Source: Geosiphon pyriformis uo1 (taxonomy: Eukaryota; Fungi; Glomeromycota). From it: a DNA stretch of 64,000 nucleotides. Location: assembly GCA_016748015.1 (NCBI GenBank), contig JAAOMT010000135.1:434001-498000 (forward strand), written 5' to 3'. Both the position numbers and the translations under genes were made by a program. Numbering within the stretch: position 1 is the first letter of the stretch; the number at the start of each line of letters is the position of its first letter. Under the pieces are notes generated by a model. It had not been told where the DNA came from. It was given only the letters and a program-made list of their open reading frames with translations, and did no database searches. This document shows positions 34,383-48,578 of the stretch, in pieces.

Positions 34383-37300
34383 ATGCATGCTGTGGCAACA
34401 ATAAGGAATAACCAATGGCAACAAAGTTTTATTGTTATTCCTGCATTTTCAAACAGTTTGGATGACCAAAAAAACAAGGAAAATGGGACAACAAATCATG
34501 TATGACTTGTAAAAAGACTTTATTAGACAAAGAAATATGGAATAACATCCCTGAACAAGGAAGAACTTGTGACAAATTGTGCCAATACATAATCCTAATC
34601 AGTGACTGAGTGAAGAAAAAAACTTCTATAGAAGTCATCTAAAGAAAAGCAGTTAAATGGCTGGATAATTGTCCACATAATGACAATAAAATATGGTATA
34701 TGATACTTGCCAAAATTGAAGAGACATTACCAAAAGAAATAAAAATGATCGAAAACAACCCACCAGAACCCATAAAACTTAATTGGGACCCAAATCTAGA
34801 TATTGTCCTAGATTTTATAAATCCAGAACAATTTTACAAGCATTACCAAGAATTAGCATCCACTAGGGAAAAACAGAAACAAAATTTAAAGTAGTTGAAT
34901 ACTTGACTGTGTCAATACTGCTTAATTTCTTGTGACTTTCAGTATTGTAATGAATGTAACTTTATTTACAATCTACCACCATGCATGATCTATACAATCT
35001 TAGAGGAAGAAAAACCAATTAGCAATTGCACATTAAAATTGGAATTGACATTTAATTCCAATTCAAACTTTTACAACAACAACAAAAACAATGGTTCCAG
35101 TTCTATTCAAAATGACAAAGACAGCAATAACAATTTGAACTCTGATTTAAACTCAAAACAATACATTATGCTTTCTGATCTTTCTAAAGAACAGGAACTC
35201 AAATAGTTCAGTAATAATAATGAGAGTATTATGCCAAAACAAGTACATAATATTAATACAAGATTTAATTTAAGATATCCCAGAAAAAATGCCATCAAAT
35301 TGAAATCACATTCATGCACCTGTATTGATTTGAAAGTAGCATTGGAAATTCTGGCAACAACAATAGTTCAGTTAGCATCTAAGAATAGTTTAGCAAAAAA
35401 GAAAATCAATATCAGAAGAGAAATAATTGATGCAGGATATGTAGGGAATATCATTGTTATGCTACAAAATAACTTGGAAAAGACTTATGTGATAAAGCCA
35501 AATGAAAAAATAACACAAACAATATTCCTGCCTCTGGTTAAAATAGCTCAGTTAGTGTTAGTGAAAAACAGGGAAGAATTAGGGATTACAGTTAGAAAGA
35601 TAAGTGGATTTGAATTTATAGGTAGAATAGATATACCAATCAATATGGCAAAAAAAGAAATTGTTGACAAGGGAGAAATTATCTCCACCAGTCAATCAGT
35701 TTTTATTCTACTATATAACAGACATATGTTAATATGGAAAAGAAAAGTAAAAAATCAGGCACAGATTTTTGAAACAGAATTAACCATTTGTAAATCAAAA
35801 AAAATTGGGCTTACCAATTTTTACATACCAGCCAAAAACAAGAATTATATCAAAATTCCCATCTACAACACAACAGAAAATGTTATTGAAATACCAAAAA
35901 AAACCACTATTGAATATCTAAGCACTGAAGTCAAAGAACAACTACCAAACACCATTTCAGATTTTCCACAGCTTTGCAGATATGTGGATATCATATTGCA
36001 AACAATATATAAATGAGAAAAATATTATCTGCTCCAACCAAAACAATTAGAACAGATAAACTTGAGAAATTTAGACTCACTACAACATATGCAGCTTAAA
36101 ATGTTATTCAACAACTTCAATGACATTTTTGCCAGCAAAAATAAATTTGGCAGAACTGACATTATCCAACACCAGATCAAAACTGGAGATGCAATGCCAA
36201 TTAAGCAAAGAGCATACAGAGTACTACCAGCAAGTTATGAGATTATTTGACAAGAAATCAACAAAATATTAGACAATAGATTAATTCAACTGTCAATAAG
36301 TCCATGGTTTTTATCAGTTATATTGGTTCAGAAAAAAAATAGAAAGATTTGGTTTTGCATGGATTACCAAAAACTTAATAAAGTAACAAAAGAAGATAAC
36401 TATCTAACTCCAAAGATCCAAGAAATGTTTGATGTATTTGGAGAAAAGAAATGATTCTTGATATTAGATTTAAATAGTGGTTATTGGCAGATAACCATAA
36501 ATTCAGCTGACAAAAAAAACCACATTCACAACTAAAGAAGAGAATTTCGAATTTGAAGTAATGCTATTTGGCTTGATAAACACACCAGCCACATTCTAAC
36601 AGTTAATGGAAATTGTTTACACTAAACTACTATAAAAATCAGTAGTTGTATATTTGAATAACATCAATGTGTTCTCAAAAACATTTAATGATCATTTCTA
36701 TTATTTACAGCAAGTGTTTGAAAGACTGAAAAGAGCAGGGCTAAAGTTAAATGCCAACAAATGCTTTTTTAGAAAAACAGAATTGAAGTTTTTAGGACAT
36801 GTTGTAAGCAAAGACAGCATCAAAACAAATTTAGACAAAATTGAGATAGTTAAAAACTTTTCAGTACTTACCAACTTAACTAAACTATGAACATTCTTGG
36901 AATTTGTGAGTTACTATTACTGCTTCATCAAAGATTTTTCCAAACTGGCTTAGCCATTACACCAGCTTTAAACAAAGAACACCAAATATGAATAAATAGA
37001 AAACCAGCAAGAAGCTTTGGACACATTAAGAAGAAAGCTTATTCAAGCTCCAGTACTGATCTATTCAGATTATAACAAGCCATTCATTATTACAACCAAT
37101 ATATCAGGTCAAGCATTAAGAGCTGTATTATCTCAAAAAAGACCAGATGAAAGAGAACACCCAGTAGTATATGCTAGTTGCAACTTAAGTCTAGCTGAAA
37201 AAAACTATAGAACTCTAACACTAAAACATTTAGCAATCTATTAGGCAGTTATGAAATAGAAAAAATACTTAAGCCAAAAATTCGACATATACACTGATTA

Positions 37301-37454
37301 TAAAGAATTGATTTCAATTCAGAAGCAAAAATTTGGAGATAATTGTCATGCTAGATAGAAAATAGAACTTTTACCATTTAATTATACAGTATATTACAAA
37401 AAAGGAAAAAAAAATGGAAATGCTGACAGTTTGTTACAGATAAAACAAATCTAA
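34383..37454 (+). pseudogene. gag-pol: B2 polyprotein fragment (Cys-rich, dUTPase, RT, RNase H)
   Basis: ORFs 34700, 34985, 35231, 36062, 36654 and 37017 are homologous to B1. Confidence 0.88.
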
Positions 37455-37484
37455 GAACATTTAAATCAAAAAATATAACAAAAG

Positions 37485-38864
37485 ATGAATACACAAAAAT
37501 ATCAACAACTTTAACATTTTATAAATACTCAACAGCTCAAAAAAAAATTATCTCAAAAGAAATAAAACCATATCAAACAACAGTCCAAATATTTTATTAC
37601 TTACCAAGATATACTTTATCAGAAAAACAGAAAGAATTCAGATCAATCAACCAGAGTAATTACAGAACCAGAAAAAAAAACAATATTATTCAATATATAT
37701 TCTAATCCAACAGCAGAACATTTTCACAAAGAAACAATCATAAAAAGAACCAGAAAAAGATACTATTGGCTATCAATGTATCCAGACATTATCTAATATG
37801 TTCAAAATTGTGATGTTTGTCAAAGAAGAGAAGAAACAAGACTCAGTAAGCCTTTGAGACCAATTAAAGTAAAACAATTATTTGATCACATTGGAATTAA
37901 CTTAGTCAGATCATTAACAATAACCAGCAAAGGCAACAGATATATAGCAATAGTCATGAATTATCTTATTAAGTGACCAAAAGCAAAAGCCATTTAAAAA
38001 ACAGATGCAAAATTTGTTGCCGAATTTGTTTATCAAGATTTGATTTGTTAATATGGATGCCCAAAAGAATTACTATCTGACCAAGAAACTCACTTTGTAA
38101 ATAAAACATTAGCAGAATTAAGTCAAAAATTTAGAATAAAAAAATCATTATCATCATATCATCCACAAACCAACAGCTTAGTTGAAAGATTCAATAGAAT
38201 ATTGTGTGAAGCAATTGCCAAAATCAGCCAAAAAAATCAAAACAAATAAGATTTATTTATATTATCAGTATTATTTGCTTATTGGACAATGAAGCAAAAC
38301 ACTACACAAACAACACCATTTGAATTAGTATACAGTAGAACAGCAATATTACCAATTAAGATAGAAGTCAACACATATCCAACTGAACCAATAACAAAAG
38401 ACAATTTTCAAGAAACATTATTAAGAAAAACATATGATTTAATAGAAACACTAGAAAACAAATGACAAAAAGCAGCTGATAATATTCAAAAGTCACAAAA
38501 AAAACAAAAAAAAAGACATGATAACCAACTATTGGATAAACTAGTTGAATTCAGAATTGGAGACAAAGTATTATTACATCATACCAAAGCAAAATAACAA
38601 TAGAGTGGAAAATTTGATTCCAAATAGAATGAACTATTTCACATAAAAAAAATTCTAAAAAATAAAGCTTATAAATTAAGATAAAACAACAAAATCTTAG
38701 CCAAAGCAGCACATGATGATTGACTGAAATCATATTATCATATAGTATTATTATCCACCAATAATATTCCACAACTGGGAATACAATAAATACTAATCCA
38801 ACTAGATGAGATTTTACAAAATTTGAAACCAATTATAATTATTGAACCAAACACATTAAATTAA
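37485..38864 (+). pseudogene. B2 integrase, separate ORF
   Basis: ATG (MNTQKYQQ) 30 nt after the RNase H stop; collinear with B1 integrase. Confidence 0.85.
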
Positions 38865-38918
38865 ACAACCAAAAGAGTATATAAAGACATAGTATACATG
38901 ACAAAAACAACAAAAAAA

Positions 38919-39548
38919 ATAAAAATACTAGATCATATTTACATCTTAGCTCAACAATTGTTTCAGGCCTTAAACTAACAACAATTAAACATGAAAATTG
39001 TCATCAACTACCAAGCAATCTGTTATTAAAACACCAAACAAAAAAAAAGTACATCATATCAGCAACCACAAAAACAATCAAGAAACTGGTCAGATAAAAT
39101 AGTAGAAAAAATAAAGAACACTTTTGGGAAAATACTCATTATGATTTCAACAGAAAAACTTTCAAAAATAATTGGAAACAATGAACAAAACAACTTCCAA
39201 TACCATACTACTACTATTAGTTGGAACAAAAGTTAAACATTCAGAAATTATATCTTAATAAAGCCAAAAGAATATTCAATCAAGAAATAATACGAAATAT
39301 TGAAAATATTATCAGAAAGAAAACAAATCTAATATTACATATTAGAACAATCTATCAACTACACATAATATTTCAAAATTACCCAAAAATATTGTTGCAC
39401 TCTAACATGGAAACAATCACCATTAACCAATGGAGAAGAATAAAAAACACACAAATTGAAGATAAAAAAACAAAATTGAACAAACAGTATTAAAAAAAAA
39501 GTATTAGACTTAATTCAAAGTAAAAATTTCGACAAAGCTCAATATTAA
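38919..39548 (+). pseudogene. B2 ORF3 (decayed)
   Basis: ORF 39221 and flanks are homologous to B1/B3 ORF3; ends KAQY*. Confidence 0.7.
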
Positions 39549-39561
39549 AAGGAAGAAATAA

Positions 39562-40377
39562 TATTACTTATAAAAAAAACATATAAAAAAAATAGAAAAA
39601 AGCAAATAAACCAATAGGAGAATAGTAGTTAATAGATGAGCAGCTTAATAATGTAGAGCAATATTAAAAATTATAGCATATTGCTTAGCAATATGAAGCA
39701 ATATTAGAAAATTAAAGCACATTGTTTAAGAAATTATAGCACATTACTTGGGAATGTGAGCAATTTCATAGAACCTAAATTATGTATATATAATAAGAAC
39801 ATTAGAAGCAGAAGAAAAATAATTACCAAGACCTCCTCATTACTACATTTCTATTGGAATTATTAATATTAATAAATAATTATTTACTATCTAAATTACT
39901 TTCCCCACTATTAACACTTTATGTTAATAGTATCTAATACTTGATCACACTAAAACAATAGCTTTTGATCATGGCTATTGATGAGATATTAACATTTATT
40001 GTCTTGGCTTATTTTTTTTATTTTTTTTTCCTTCTTTTATTATTTTTTTGTTGTTTGCTAATTGATTAAAAATTCAGCACTGAATTATTGATGTTAAGGA
40101 TTGCCTGGTAAAAGATCTCTGTGAGTAGGTAAAACAAATAAAAAATATGAATTGCTTACCAAAAAAATACTGGTCATTAAGCTAAAAAAGAAATTAACAG
40201 AATTGTGATTCTAAGAAGCTACAAAAACAACTATTGAATTTTTGTCTATTATACAAAAGACTTCAATCAAAACTTTCAGACAACCAAAACTTTTAGATAT
40301 TACCAACGAAATTAACTATTAAGCACCAAGTTACAGGTTTGTTATTTGATTTGAGACCCCAAATATCACCTGTAACA
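39562..40377 (+). repeat. B2 3' LTR (816 bp)
   Basis: TATTACTTATA...CCTGTAACA; homologous to the B3 LTRs. Confidence 0.9.
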
Positions 40378-42036
40378 GCATTTTAGTGATAAAGTAAATT
40401 TAAGTTTTGGGAATTCAAAAAGAGTTGCTAACCAATTTGTTGATATGAATACTGACAATAATACTAATAATAAGAGTAAAAATCAGTCAGATTCTAGAAT
40501 AAATACACCTAAGACCAAAAAAGTCAATGCTTATGTTGTTCTTAATTCTTCAATCAGCTCTTTGGTTTATGATATAAATAATAAAAATGAAATTTTTTTC
40601 CCACCTACCTATTTTTTTGGACTAAAAATGAATTAACTCAAAAATTGTTAAAATCCAGATAAAAATTGCTATCAAAAAATCATTTACTTTGAATATTAAT
40701 TTTTTTGCAGTAAAAGACAAATCAATGACCATAAAAACTCAATTAGTTAGAAATTTTTTTTCAACAATCAATGGTTTTGGGAGACTATTATTTTCTTAAA
40801 TTTGAAAAGATTATCAGATTTACATTTATTTTAGAGGAAAGCATGAAAAAAGCTGTATTATTGGCTAAAAAAAGAGAAATCAAGGTAAATAGCAATCTTA
40901 AAAGACAAGAAATTAGGTCAAATTGGACTGTAATAATCAAAAAAATTCTCATAGATATGTCTAAAGAAATGATCGTCGCTGCCATTGCTGAATATGGTCA
41001 AATTATGCCGATCAAATTGCAACTAATTGGAATATAACAAAAAATTGTGATTAAGTTTGCCAAATTATGATATTTGAACATCAAAAAATCAGTTTAGGGC
41101 ACTTTTATTTATCTTGCTAGTAAGAACAACTGTACATAATTTTGGAACTTTTTTGGAAGAAGCTAATAAAAAAACTTATATATAAATTAATTATTTGAAA
41201 CTAGCAATAAGGTTTGCTGTATTGTAATTGGTTTTGAATCAGAAAAAAAACTGGATTCTGTTTTTCACATAAAATTTATTTTTGGTGGTGTAAAATTATT
41301 TTGGGTTAGAATAGATTTGATTTAGTGTAAAAAATATGGACATTTCAGGTATTCTGCTTTAGAATATAATATATCTGATGTTTTTGCTTATCTTTTTCCA
41401 AAAATATTTAAGAAATTTGTTTCAGATAAGAATTGTTTTCAGTTTGCCAAACTGTATACCAAAAAGAGTGTCCTTATTTCTTGTCTTACTGTTTTTAGTA
41501 GCAAATTTTGGGCTTATGTGATTTCACTTGCTGTTTTTTTTAAAAATACTTGCTTTGGTTTTGGTTTTTTTTTCTGATACTTTATATAGTAAAAAAAGTG
41601 TGTCTGTTTTTTAGAATAATTTATTAATTGATGGCTATCTAGCTTCTTTAAAATGCTCTTTGAAACTTTTGGCAGATCAAGTATCAAATATTGTGCAAAA
41701 GTTAAACAGTATAGATCTGATGTCTGTTTTTTAATCTCTTTTTTTTGATGTATATGTTCTTGCAAATTCAAAATCAAATTTGAATATGGCTTTAAATAAC
41801 TCATCCAAGTTACCTATTTTTCTTTCTTTGACTGTAAACAGTATGATTTTGGATTTGAGTTTTAGCAGATTAAAGGTTCTAATCACTAAAATAAGTAAGT
41901 TGGAATCTAAAATGGTGGTTCTTAAAGTTTTTGTTAGTTTGGTTTTGGTGAGATTGGATTGGTTGTGTGTTGGCTTGAACTTTTTTGTGAATTCTTTCTC
42001 TCAATAAATAAGTTTGTTTAAAAAATAGCTATATGT

Positions 42037-43025
42037 TGTTACAGGTAATTATTTGGGTGGGTAAAATAGATAACAAACCCATAATTTGGTGCTTAATTAA
42101 TGTAATAGTGTTGGTTTCTAAAGATTTTGTATCTGAAAATTTTGGTTAAGTCTTTTGTATAATAAACAGAGATTTAATGGTAATATCTTTTGGTGCTGTT
42201 TTAAGTTTTTTTTCTCAACCTTCAAGTTGGTATGCTTTGGTATCTGTCATTTTCTAGAATATCTATATTTTATCAATTTTTTTCTCAACTTAATGGCCAG
42301 TATCTTCTGGTAAGCTATCCTCAATTCTGAGTGTTTATCTTTATTCCTGGGTCTTTTACTAGTGCTATTTTTTAATGTCAGTATCTTACATATTAATTCT
42401 TTTAATCAATTAGTAAATCAACAAAACAACAAAATAAAATAAAATAAAATAAAATAAAATAAATAAAAATAAAATAAAATAAAATAAAAGAAAAAAAAAA
42501 TTAATATTCCATCAATAATTATGATCAAGAGCTATTGGTCCAAAATAGTTAAATATTAAATCTTATTAACATAGAGTATTAATAGTGATAAAAGTGATTA
42601 ATATTCTTAATCAAGTAATAATAACATGGATTTGATAATAATAAATAATTTTATTAATAAAAAAATAATTTTACTTCAAGTTATAAAAAATTATCTTTTA
42701 AAAGAAGAATATTGTTCTAAATTAATAAAACTTTATTGAATTTTCCAGGAATTATTTTTTCTGTTTTTAATACTCTTGCTATATATATAATTTATGTTAT
42801 ACAAGATTCTGCATATTTATAAGCAATGTGCCATAATTTCTTAAGCAATGTGTTTGTAATTTTTAATAATGTGCTTATTATTAAGCAATGTGCCATAATT
42901 CTCTAACAATGTGCTTTAATTTACTGACAATGTGTTTACATGCTAAATACTATTCTCTTATTAATCTATTTTTTACTATTTATTTTTTCTACTATTTTTC
43001 TTGTATATTTTTTCTATGAATAACA
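42037..43025 (-). mobile_element. Solo LTR, family B (989 bp), TSD ATGT/ATAT, inserted in APE motif I of LINE copy 1
   Basis: TGTTACAGG...ATGAATAACA on the + strand; homologous to B LTRs; no PBS or PPT in the flanks. Confidence 0.88.
42431..42489. repeat. (AAAAT)n microsatellite expanded from the T-rich tract of the B LTR
   Basis: About 12 units are directly visible. Confidence 0.85.
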
Positions 43026-46000
43026 ATATAATATCAAAGAAATAAACAATTTGGCAAAATAGAGAGATATAATCAGGTGGCATATTGAATTTAATAATTG
43101 AATTTTTATTATTACTAAGATTAAGCTAAAAAAATAGGCTAAATTTTAGATTAAAAATAGATTCTAAAATATAAAGGTTTTTGTTTCTGATTTAAATACT
43201 GGTTATGTGAATGCTAGAATAGTAATAATAATAAACAATACTCTAGCTTGATATGTATTCAAAGTTTTTAAGATTCCTAGTTATTTTATTTCAGTCCATT
43301 TGCTGTTCAGTGACAAAATTTCAGTGACAATTTTAGGTTTATATGTTGATGTTTTGGCTAAGATGTGATTTGATCAAGCTTGTGAAGTGAATTTCTTCAT
43401 TGTTAAAGTAATTAATTCAAGTTTTTATGTTGTGTTGAGTGATAACTTTAATAAAAATAGAAAAAAATAAAATATAAGTTTTAAAAAATGTTTTAATTTG
43501 GGTTTATACAACTTTTTCTTAAATGAAACAGCTGTTAAGCTTCCTACTTAGCACAATTCAAGAGATGTGAAAAAGACTATTGACTATATTTTAGTTAGTA
43601 AATATCTCTTATCAATTGTAGTTACTCAGAATATAGATAATATGTTTGATTTTTTTTAATATTAATTATATAACTATCATAATTTCTCTTGGTTTTGAAG
43701 ATTTTTTAAATAAATATCTGAACATAATTTGAAAACATACCAATAAAAACCAATAAAAGTTTAAAATCAAGGATGCAGATAAAATTAAATAGGCCTGTTT
43801 TAGAAATTGTGTTTTCAATAAGCTGTTTAAAGTTATGAATAGATTCACATATGTTAAAAGTTTTAATGATTTAAATACTATATAAGAAAAGTTAAAGGAA
43901 ATAATAATAGATTTGGCTGATACTACTTTTTTTAAGTTTTGGTTCAAAGAATTTAGGTGTTCTGTAAACAAGAAATTATTGAAGTTTCACAGACTAAAAT
44001 TGCTGGTCACAAAGATTGTAAGAAAATTAAGCATAAATAATAGGTCTAATTATGATTGTTTTTTCAAAAAGTGGCTAATACTAGATAATATAAAGACTTT
44101 CAAGATAGACATTATGATTTAAAATAATGTAAATATAGGTAATGTGTTGAAACAGTTGTTATTAATCAAAAAGAAATACAGAAAGTCAAAATATTGTAAA
44201 TCAAAAATAGCTAAGAATGCAGCCATTAAAAAAGCAATTGAAAAGTAAATGAATAATTTCAGTTCTAACAAGAACAACATAATAAGAAGTGTGCTAAAGA
44301 AACCTTTTTTTAAAGTGGTCCTGAATTATTTGGTTATTGGAAAAAAGTTGGTTCTAAAGCCAAATAAAGTAAAAAATAGTGTTGATGAAATCATAGTAAA
44401 TTGGACAAGAAAACAAAAGATATTATTAGTGCTGCTTATTATATAGTCTTGCTAATATGAGCCATTGAATTATGTCAAAGAAGACACTTTTTTTAATGTA
44501 ATGGATGAAATTAGCTTCAGTAATTGATAAGTTATCTAATAGTAAAGTGGTTGGTTTATTTGATATTTTATATAAACTATGGAAGCATTATAACAATAGA
44601 ATGCTAAAATGTTTTTTGGATCTGTTCAATTCTTGTTTAACATTTGACTTTTAACCTTTATTTAAGTAATTAACAAACTTTTTCTTGAGATAACTTAATA
44701 AATATTCTTTTTTTGATCTAGCACTTACAGTAAAAATTAAGACCAGATATATCTTTGTCAGAATTATACATATCCAACACAGCTTGACTATTTGTAAACA
44801 AGATAATAGAACTAAAAGCAAATATGCAATCCAAAGCAAGAGTAATGGCCTGCAGTTCTACTAAAGTTAAGAACAATAAACTATTTATCTTAATTCTAAT
44901 ACTTACATTAACATTCGAAAAATAAGCAACAGCACTACTATAAACATCCATCAATTTCAACCTCTTAATAAAACCATTCATGTAAACTTTTATGACATCT
45001 AGCCTGGAATTCAACAAATGTTTTCAAACATAACTAAAGTCACAAAAATAGTCATAAAAAGATAACCAAGAGTCCAAAATCTTACTATTTGTCAAACCAT
45101 CTTTTTCAATAAACTTGACAAGTAAAACAAACCAAAAAAAACCAGATTTTTAAGATCCAGCTTTTTTTATCTGCAAAAAGTGTTCCATATAAACCACTTA
45201 CTGTAATAATTCAGAAGTTGGTTCACAAAAATAATGTCATATTTTTTAAGAGATCCCAATACATCTATATATCTGTCTAAGCTTAATACATCCAACACCA
45301 TAATATTGCTTTTAGACTAAAAAACATTAGGCAAATTACCATTCAAAAACAAATTGCACAAAACAAAAGCATGTGTTGTATTTGCCAAAAAACAATTCAC
45401 AGAATCAATTGACAATCTAACTAGAACTTAAAAAAACTGTTAAAGCATCCAGTTAACAGTCTGCAGATCTATGGCTCTGTGCTTAAACAAACTGCTAAAA
45501 ATTTTATTAGCATTGGCAAAATTAATCAAATTAGCCACCAAATTCTTAGCCAGCATCTGTTTAAAAGTTCACAGATTATACAAATCAGGATAATACAAAG
45601 CATTATTAGAGAAGTCTTTAGGCAAATTAGTCTTAATTTTCAATTTTTTTTTTAATATTTTGTTTTATTTTTCATACACACTCCTTAAAACACAACTGAA
45701 CTGTAATTTATAACCAATTATGGACTGTAAAACAGCAGATACTAAGTACAAAAACTGTTTCTCAATAATGGTCTTTCTCAATATTACATTTAAAAAAAAT
45801 TTAACATTTGAATAAATCTTGGCTAAGCTTGGTTTAAATAGACTGGTTGTTAACAAAAAAATTCCCAAATATCTATGTGATTTGCCTTTTTTGGTCACTA
45901 AAATTCTTGAACCATTGATAGATAGCAAAGTCTCTTTGGCTTCTTGGTTAATTGAAATAATAACTGTTTTATCTATATTAATTAAGATATTATTAAATAA

Positions 46001-47035
46001 AAAAAACTTACTTGTAATGTTCAAAATTTGTTGTGTAGCTGTCATACAATTTTCAATCCAAATAATATTATCAACAAAAGCATCTGCAGCAAAAAAAAAG
46101 CTTTGCTATTTCTAAAATTAATTTTACTAGTTCTTATAAAAAACTTGGAACTTATTTTGTAGCCATATAAATATTTATGCTACTTAACTTTGCATAACAA
46201 AGGGTTGTAAAAAATTCTCTACAACAGTAGTAAAAAGGCCTCCCCTTAATCCAAATTATCATGAACAGTATACCTATCTATAAGTTTAAAGTTCATTATT
46301 ATCTAATTAATCTAATTATTGTGTATACTTTCAAAAAACTCAATAAAGTAAGGACATCTTAATCCTAGCCAAGCTGTTATATAAATAGAACTACTCAACA
46401 GAATCTTATGCCTTATATATATTCTAAAGAACCAGTTACAACTCTCTGGTCTTTTTCAAAACATTTTTGACAATTAAACTAATAGCAAAGATTAGAGTTT
46501 GAGTAAACATGCTTTTTAAAACTGAAAAGTTATTACTTGCAAAATGCCAAATTTACTGTAAACCAAAAAAATCCTATCTAAAAGAATTTTAGACAAGACC
46601 TTTTAGACAGTCTTAATTAAGGCTATTGGTTTGGTATTTGTAAAAGTTTTTTTCTAATTATATGACTTTGATATTATTAAAATTTAGGCTTTTTTCTATT
46701 GTATAGAAACTACACTTAATATCAAACACACATTGAAAATATCCAACAGACCACCCAAGACCTGCTTATTACTATGTTTTCAGAGCTTATTAAAAATACC
46801 AGATAAACTGACAGTCTTTTTATTAGGCAAATTTTTGATGATCTAGAAAAACTTACTAAAATTGACATTATATATTATTTTTGAAAAGACATTATTGTTT
46901 ACATAATTCAGAGAAGCATATTAACTAGACCAATAATTATACAAAGCATTAAGCACTACATGTTTTCTTATTTATTTCTTTAAATCTTATTAACCATAGA
47001 TTTAATCTTTTATGACTTTAAAACCAGCTAATTAT

Positions 47036-47875
47036 TGTTACAAGTAATTATTTGGGGTCTCAAATCAAATAACAAAACCTGTAACTTGGTGCTCAGAAGC
47101 TATTTGCAATAATAGTGATCTGAAGATATTGTTATCTGAAGGTTTTGGTTAAGTTCTTTGTATAATAGACAGAGATTTAATAGTTATTTATCTGTAGCTT
47201 TCCAGAATTACAATTCTGTTAATTTCTTTCTTCAGCTTAATGGCCAGCAATCCTCTAGTAAGTAATCTGTAATTCTTTACATGCTCTATCCACTCACAGG
47301 GGTCTTTTACCAGGCAATTTTTGATATCAATAATTCAGTGCTTAATTCTTAATCAATTAGTAAACAACAAAGAAGAAAATACAAAAAAAATAAAGAAAAG
47401 ATAAAAAAAATAAACCAAGGCAATTTTACAAGTTAATAGCTTATTAATAGTCATGATCAAGAGCTATTGTTCTAGTGTGGTTAAGTATTAATTACTATCA
47501 ACATAAAGTGTTAATAGTGAAAAATAGATTAATATAGTAAATAATTATTTATTGATTTTTGTAATATAGAAGATTGCTTAGATCAAATCTAAATTAAAAG
47601 ATCTGTTTTTTCTTCTTCTAATGCTACTGCTATATATACATAATTAATGTTCTATAAAATTGCTCATATTTTCGAGCAATGTACTATGATTTCTTAAACA
47701 ATGCTCATATTGCTGAGCAATATGCCTTAATTTTCTAATATCATTTCATATTGCTAAGCAATATGCCATAATTTCTGACATTGCTCCACATTGCTGAGCA
47801 ATATGCTTATGTGCTAACTACTACTCTCCTATTAGTTTACTATTTCTATATCTGTTTTTCTTTTTATGAGTAATA
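47036..47875 (-). repeat. B3 3' LTR
   Basis: Direct repeat of 56211-57050. Confidence 0.95.
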
Positions 47876-47888
47876 TTATCTCCTTCTT

Positions 47889-48524
47889 TTAATATTGAGC
47901 TCCATCAAAATTCCCATTTTGAATTATGTTAAATACTTCTTTTTCAAGTAGCATCTGTTCTACTCTACTCTTTATTTCTTTAATTTGTGAGTTGTTTATT
48001 CTTTCTTATTGGTTAATGGTTATTGTTTCTATGTCAGAGTGTAACAATACTTCTGAGTAGTTTTAAAATATAGTGTATAGTCAATAAATAGTCTTGATAT
48101 GTAATATTAAGTTTGTTTTCTTTTCAATAATGTTTTCAATGTTCTGGATTATCTCTTGATTGAAAATTCTCTTGGATTTGTTAAGATATAACTTTTGAAT
48201 ATCTACTTTTTGTTCCAATTAATAATAGCAGTATGGTATTGAAAATTGGTCTATCTATTTGTTCTAATTTTCTTTTACTAGTTCTTCTGTTAAAACCATG
48301 ATAATTATTTTTTCAAAAGTGTTCTTTACTTTTTCTACTATTTTATTTGACCAGTTTATTAATTGTTTTTGTTGTTGTTAGTATAGTGTACTTTTCCCTT
48401 TTTGTTTGGTGTTTTGATAACAGATTGTTTGGTTGTTGACAATAATTTCCATGTTTATTTGCTATTGACTTAAAGCCTGAAACAATTGTTGAGCTAAACT
48501 GTGGATATGGTCTGGTATTTCCAT
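47889..48524 (-). pseudogene. B3 ORF3
   Basis: ATG at 48524 (MEIPDHIHSLAQQLFQAL); ends DGAQY*. Confidence 0.75.
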
Positions 48525-48578
48525 TTTTTTTGTTGCTTTTGTTGCATATACTGTATCTTTATATACTCTTTTGGTTGT

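Larger units (their letters stand above)
34383..40377 (+). mobile_element. Element B2, 3' part (Cys-rich domain to 3' LTR); inserted in LINE ORF1
   Basis: Resumes at ACCGN of the Cys-rich domain; dUTPase/RT/RH to the stop at 37452; INT 37485-38864; ORF3 ~38919-39548; PPT; LTR 39562-40377. Confidence 0.9.
40378..44646 (+). mobile_element. Degenerate LINE (non-LTR retrotransposon) copy 1: ORF1, APE endonuclease and start of RT, 3'-truncated
   Basis: ORF1 remnants (VIIKKILIDMSKEMIVAAIAEYGQI); ORF2 KIAICNIKEINN (APE motif I) restored across the solo LTR; SDNFN, KTIDYI; homologous to the minus-strand LINE. Confidence 0.8.
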
